A DNA stretch of 63,515 nucleotides from Podospora anserina (lineage: Eukaryota), in the NCBI GenBank assembly GCA_017654855.1, contig JAFMPO010000001.1, forward strand, positions 1,178,001 to 1,241,515, written 5' to 3'. Below the pieces are notes generated by a model. It was not told the origin of the DNA, made no database searches, and saw only the letters and a list, made by a program, of their open reading frames with translations. The position numbers and the translations under genes were made by a program. Shown here piece by piece: positions 58,501 to 63,515 of this stretch (position 1 is the first letter of the stretch; every line of letters starts with the position of its first letter).

Positions 58501-60278
58501 ATATAGCCCGGCGTTATAAAGAATTAGGGATTGGTTATACGATTTAAAACTTTAAAGAGGTTTCGATTAATTAGGTTATTTTTATAACCCCGGAGGCTTT
58601 TAATACTAAAACGTTTAAAACCTTCGTTAATAGGCTTAACGTACGATAATAGTTTAACCGGATTGTTTTTAACGAGTGCTATATTATTTTAGACTCGTCG
58701 TACGAATTTCGACCACTCTTCCGGTAAATCGGCCAATATATAGCTTTAATCGGGATATAATTACTTTTTTTAATAGCTACCCTCCTACTTCGGAACTTAT
58801 TAGGGTTTTATAAGAGTTTATATTTTGATTCGTAAAAGGTGGTTATCGTATGGTTTATTATATTCCGGTCGAATATTAAGTATTTTGTAGTTAAGTATGG
58901 GGATTAAAAGGCCGTCCTTCAAGCCCTTTACTAGTAAATTAACTCTATCGGTAACCGTGATCCTCGTACGAGGGTCATTATTTATTTCCCTTCGATCGAT
59001 TTTACTAAAGCTATTTTATACCTATTTAAGTATCTGGTATACTATAGTAGTATAGAAAAGAGTATCCAGAAGAGTAAGATCGTACGAGGGTAGATTAAAA
59101 GCGGTGGTACTATTATAGTAACGTCTGCCCTAAATATTAATATCAATATTTTAGACGTACGATATATTTTCTATGCCGGGCTTCTAAGGATATTAAGGGA
59201 CTTTATTTAGGAAAGCGGACGAGCCGGAAGAGACGGAGTAAAGGCCGAATTAGTAATTTTTTTTATAAAGAATTGTATAGCCGGAAGGTTAATTACCGGA
59301 GTTATAGATTTAGCGTTATTGGAGATAAAGTATTTCGTACGGGATAGTAACCTATATTATAGGATTATTCTTTCCCGGGTAATAGACGGGCGGATAGATA
59401 GGGCCGGGTATAAGGAGGGCGAGGAGTTATGTGGGTTATGTGAAGAGCGGTTTTTTAATATAGCTCGTATAGAGTTATTCCGAATGGAGGAGGAGGCTTA
59501 TAGGTCTTATTATATAGTAATCCCGGAGGCTATAGATAAGTAGGCTTTCGATATAGCTATTAATAAAGAAAAGTAACGTTAGGTTATTATAAAAAAGCGG
59601 GAAAGGAGGAAAAATATTGTACGAGACGTAGAGGTTATAATTAAAACGTTTTTATAATTATAGGTAAACTATATAGTTTACTTTTTAAAGTATACCGAGT
59701 TTAGGGAGGAATACGTACGGTACGAATTTTAGTAATCGACGGCCTACGGATTCCACGGTATTGTACGAAATACTTTATAACTAACCAAACTTCTTAGTGG
59801 ATTAGAAAAGCTATATATATTAAAAGGTTTATTTAAGGATAAACGGGCTTAAAAAAAAAATATGGAATTAAGCGATTAGCTTTTAAGGGTTAGGGGTTTA
59901 AGTTTAAGTACCGTACGAAAGCTAAACGGAGGTTTCTAGGGGTATAATAAATGTAGGGTTCTAAAAAGGTTTTGTAGGCGGTGGGAACCGTTAAGGGAAG
60001 ACGAGGGTTCGTTTTATAAGTCTAGGAAGGATTATTTGTACGGGATAAAATTAATAATAGGGTTAGTTGTAACTAAAAAAAGGGATTTAAGTTAGTTTAA
60101 AAAGGATATTAAGGTACTTTATTAGAAATACGGGGTTATATTGGATAACGAGATGGGGGTAATACGTTGGTTACTCGTACGGGTAAAAGTATCGGATATT
60201 AAGTATTCTATAATAGTATTAGTTTGGGTTAAGGTGTGGGAGGAAATTTATACGAGATATCCAAAGTTGATAGAGTAA
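55572..60278 (+). pseudogene. RIP-inactivated telomere-linked RecQ helicase (TLH-like): DUF3505-like zinc finger, tyrosine-recombinase-like domain, RecQ helicase, Zn-binding C-terminus
   Basis: One reading frame (all motif starts congruent mod 3) from ATA (ex-ATG) at 55572. N-terminal ICRKC..T(H)LRTS(H); Walker A TG.(G)(G)GKS at 58398-58421; motif II IVF(D)EC(H) at 58671; (T)ATLP; RSNI.Y; TSAL..I(D)..DVR; (Q)ESGRAGRDG at 59208; R..L...DG..DR..(C).EGEELCGLC. Transcribed toward the telomere. Confidence 0.9.
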
Positions 60279-61049
60279 TATTACGGTTTTTTTTTTTAAA
60301 AAAATATATATATATATATATTTTATAAATAAAAATAAAAATAAAGAAAAATATTATATTATAATAGTAGAAAAATATATAAAATTAATTATAATATTAT
60401 AAAGATATATATATAATAAGAGCTTGCTAGTAAGCTATACTATACGTAGGAAAAAGAAAAGATATTATAGGCTCGCAAATTATATAATAAGTATCGGAAC
60501 GGTTTGATTAGAGGGCTAGAATAGCCTATACACGTATAATATATAAAATATAAAAAAAGAAAAGTCGATATCGTATTTAAAATAAAATATTAAAAATGAA
60601 CTATTTATATATATAACCTATAAACCCCCGAATTCTTTAAAAAGTTTATATTATTATTTATACTTTTAAAAATATAGCCGAACTTTATATAAATATATTT
60701 ATAAAACTTTAAATGTACTATTTTACGAAAAAAAAAAATAATGTTTTATAATAAAAAGAAATTAATAAATATAAAGAGACTTTTTATTAATATTTTTAAA
60801 TAGTATAAAAGAAATTAAATAATTAATAAAGAAAGAAAGAAAAAAAAGTAATTAAATAAGGGTATAATATATAGTAAAAAAAAAAAATTATTAATTAAAT
60901 AAATTTAAAATATAAAATTTATTATTCTTTATAAATTAAATAAATAAAGTTAGATTGATATATATATATATATATAAATATTAATACTTAATATATATAA
61001 ACGAAAAAAAAAACTATATATTATAATATAAAAATTTAAAGAATATATA

Positions 61050-63480
61050 ATTATTATATATAAGTAGGAAAGTACCCGAACCGCTATATATATATATAAG
61101 GATATATAAAGACTAACTACTATATATTAGTAAGAGGGAACACGAATTACTATACGTATATATAAAACTATATAAAAGCTAATAACTATATATAAGTATA
61201 AATGTATTAAACCCGCTATATATACGTAAAAAAAAAGTATTAACCGCTATATATATAGTAAATAAGGTGCTAACCGCTATATAAATATAGAAAGGAATAT
61301 TAACCGGTATATATATATGGAAAAAAGTATTAACCGGTATATATATATGGAAAAAAGTATTAAGCGCTATATATACGTAAGGAAAAGTATTAACCGCTAT
61401 ATATATAGTAATAAGAGTACTAACCGCTATATATATATAAAAAAAAGTATTAACCGCTATATATATATAAGAATACATTAAAACTAATTATAATATAAAT
61501 ATAAGAAGGAATAGTAACCCGTATATATATATGGAAAGAAGTACTAACCGATATATATATATAAAAAAATACGTTAAAACTAACCGCTATATAGATATAA
61601 AAGGGAATAGTAACCCGTATCTATATATAGAAAGAAGTGCTAACCGCTATATAAATATAGAAAGGAATAATAACCCGTATATATATATAGAAAGAAATGC
61701 TAACCGCTATATATATATAAGGATACGTTAAAACTAACCGCTATAGAAATATAAAAAGGAATAGTAACCCGTATATATATATGGAAAAAAGTATTAACCG
61801 CGATATATATAGATAAAGATACGTTAAAACTAACCGCTATAAAAATATAGAAAGGAAGAGTAACCCGTATATATATGTGAAAAGAAGTGCTAACCGCTAT
61901 ATATATATATAAAAATACGTTAAAACTAACCGCTATATAAATATAAAAAGGAATAGTAACCCGTATATATATGTGGAAAGAAGCGCTAACCGCTATATAT
62001 ATATATAAAGATCTATTAAAACTTATTACTATAAATATATAGAAAGAAATACTAACCGCTATATAAATATAGTAAATAGTATTAACCGCTATAAATATAT
62101 ATAAAGATTTACCGCTTTATATATAGCAAGGAATACTAACCGGTATATATATAAATAAAAAAAGTATTAATTGTTATATATAAATAAAAAGACTATTAAG
62201 GGTAAAAAATATATATATATATATATTAATTAAAATTAACCGCTATATAAATATAGAAAGGAATATAAACTAGTATATATATATGGAAAAAGGGGCCAAC
62301 CGCTATATATATATAAGGATACGTTAAAACTAACCGCTATAGAAATATAAAAAGGGATAGTAACCCGTATATATATATAGAAAAAAGTATTAACCGCGAT
62401 ATATATATAAGGGTAGGTTAAAACTAACCGCTATAGAAATATAGAAAGGAATAGTAACCCGTATATATATATAGAAAAAAGTGTTAACCGCGATATATAT
62501 ATAAGGGTAGGTTAAACTAACCGCTATAGAAATATAGAAAGGGATAGTAATCCGTATATATAAAAAGGAAAAAGTGTTAACCGCTATATAAATATAGAAA
62601 GGAATATTAACTTATATATATATATAAAGAAAATGCTAACGGCTATAAATATATAAAAAGAAATTTTAATTATTATAAATATATAGAAAGATCCGTTAAG
62701 ATTAACCGCTATAAATATATGGAAAAGAAGTACTAACCGCTATATATATATAGAAAAGAGTGCTGACCGCTATATATATATAGAAAAAATTACTAACCGC
62801 TAAAAATATATATAAAGATACGTTAAAACTAAGCGCTATCTATATAGTAAAAAAGTATTAAACCGCTATATATATATATATATAAAAGTATATAAAAAAT
62901 CAACTGCTATATATATATCTAAAGATATATTAACCGATATATATATATATAAAGAAATACTTACCGCTATATATAAAGAAAAAAAATATTAAATATAATA
63001 TATATATATATAATAAATAAAAACTAAGCGCTAGATATATAGTATAAGAAATACTAAACGCTATATTTATAGTAAAAAGCATGCTAACCGCTATATATAT
63101 ATGATAATATATTAAGACTAACCGCTATAAATATATTAAAAGAACTATTAATAGTAAAAAGCATAATAACTGCTATATATATATAATAATATATTAAGAC
63201 TAAGCGCTATAAATATATTAAAAAAAGTGTTAACAGTAAAAAGCATACTAAACGCTATATATATATAATATTATATTAAAACTAACCGCTATAAATATAT
63301 TAAAAAAAGTACCGATAGAAAAAAGCATACCAACCGCTATATATATATAATAATATGTTAAAACTAACCGCTATAAATATATTAAAAAAAGTACCGACAG
63401 AAAAAAGCATAGCAACCGCTGTATATATATAATGATATGATAAGACTAACCGCTATGATTATGTTAAAGGAAGTGCTGCC
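61050..63480 (+). repeat. Subtelomeric minisatellite of ~30-bp units with TAACCGCTATATA / TAACCCGTATATA cores and ~90-97-bp higher-order blocks
   Basis: Dozens of aaccgctata cores are visible; higher-order unit gtaacccgtata..gtRYtaaccgctata..gttaaaactaaccgctata (e.g. 61514, 61610, 61763, 61860, 61956). Confidence 0.9.
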
Positions 63481-63486
63481 CGGGTA

Positions 63487-63515
63487 TAGGGTTAGGGTTA
63501 GGGTTAGGAGTTAGG
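63487..63515 (+). repeat. Telomeric repeat (TTAGGG)n, chromosome end
   Basis: TAGGG TTAGGG TTAGGG TTAGG AGTTAGG at the very end of the window. Confidence 0.9.

Noticed and set aside
59886-59908. gggttaggggtttaagtttaag as an internal telomere tract
   Set aside because: Only one true TTAGGG, and it lies in frame within the TLH C-terminal coding region (LLRVRGLSLS).
61179-61731. ORFs of 99 aa and 66 aa in the terminal region
   Set aside because: Translations of the minisatellite (YIYI repeats), not genes.

Overview
Right-hand chromosome end of a filamentous ascomycete. A Sordariales/Podospora-like origin is inferred from gene content, GT-AG introns with CTAAC-type branch sites and RIP-type mutation. 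Bases ~1-40,200 are ordinary gene-dense euchromatin: about 19 protein genes, an intron-containing tRNA-Leu(AAG), and a RIP-mutated Fot1/Pogo transposon end at the left edge. A short transition zone follows (BTB pseudogene, Copia-like protease relic, LTR relics). It leads into a ~19-kb AT-rich, RIP-degraded subtelomere that ends in (TTAGGG)n. The subtelomere holds a Gypsy pol relic and a ~11-kb telomere-linked unit. In order, that unit is: a terminal palindrome, 202-bp tandem repeats, GC-rich modular repeats, a 1,568-codon RIP-killed telomere-linked helicase (TLH) frame, a 3' block, a TAACCG minisatellite and the telomere. The strongest candidate for an undescribed system is this unit, on four grounds. 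(1) Its protein appears to fuse a tyrosine-recombinase-like catalytic domain to a RecQ helicase. (2) Its left end is a sharp palindromic boundary that cuts a Gypsy RT. (3) It is studded with a CGTACG/ATYGTACRAT motif, even inside the coding frame. (4) An internally deleted mini-copy sits 7 kb upstream. Together these suggest a YR-RecQ mobile or telomere-maintenance element; this is an inference that needs HMM/structure and comparative-genomic confirmation.
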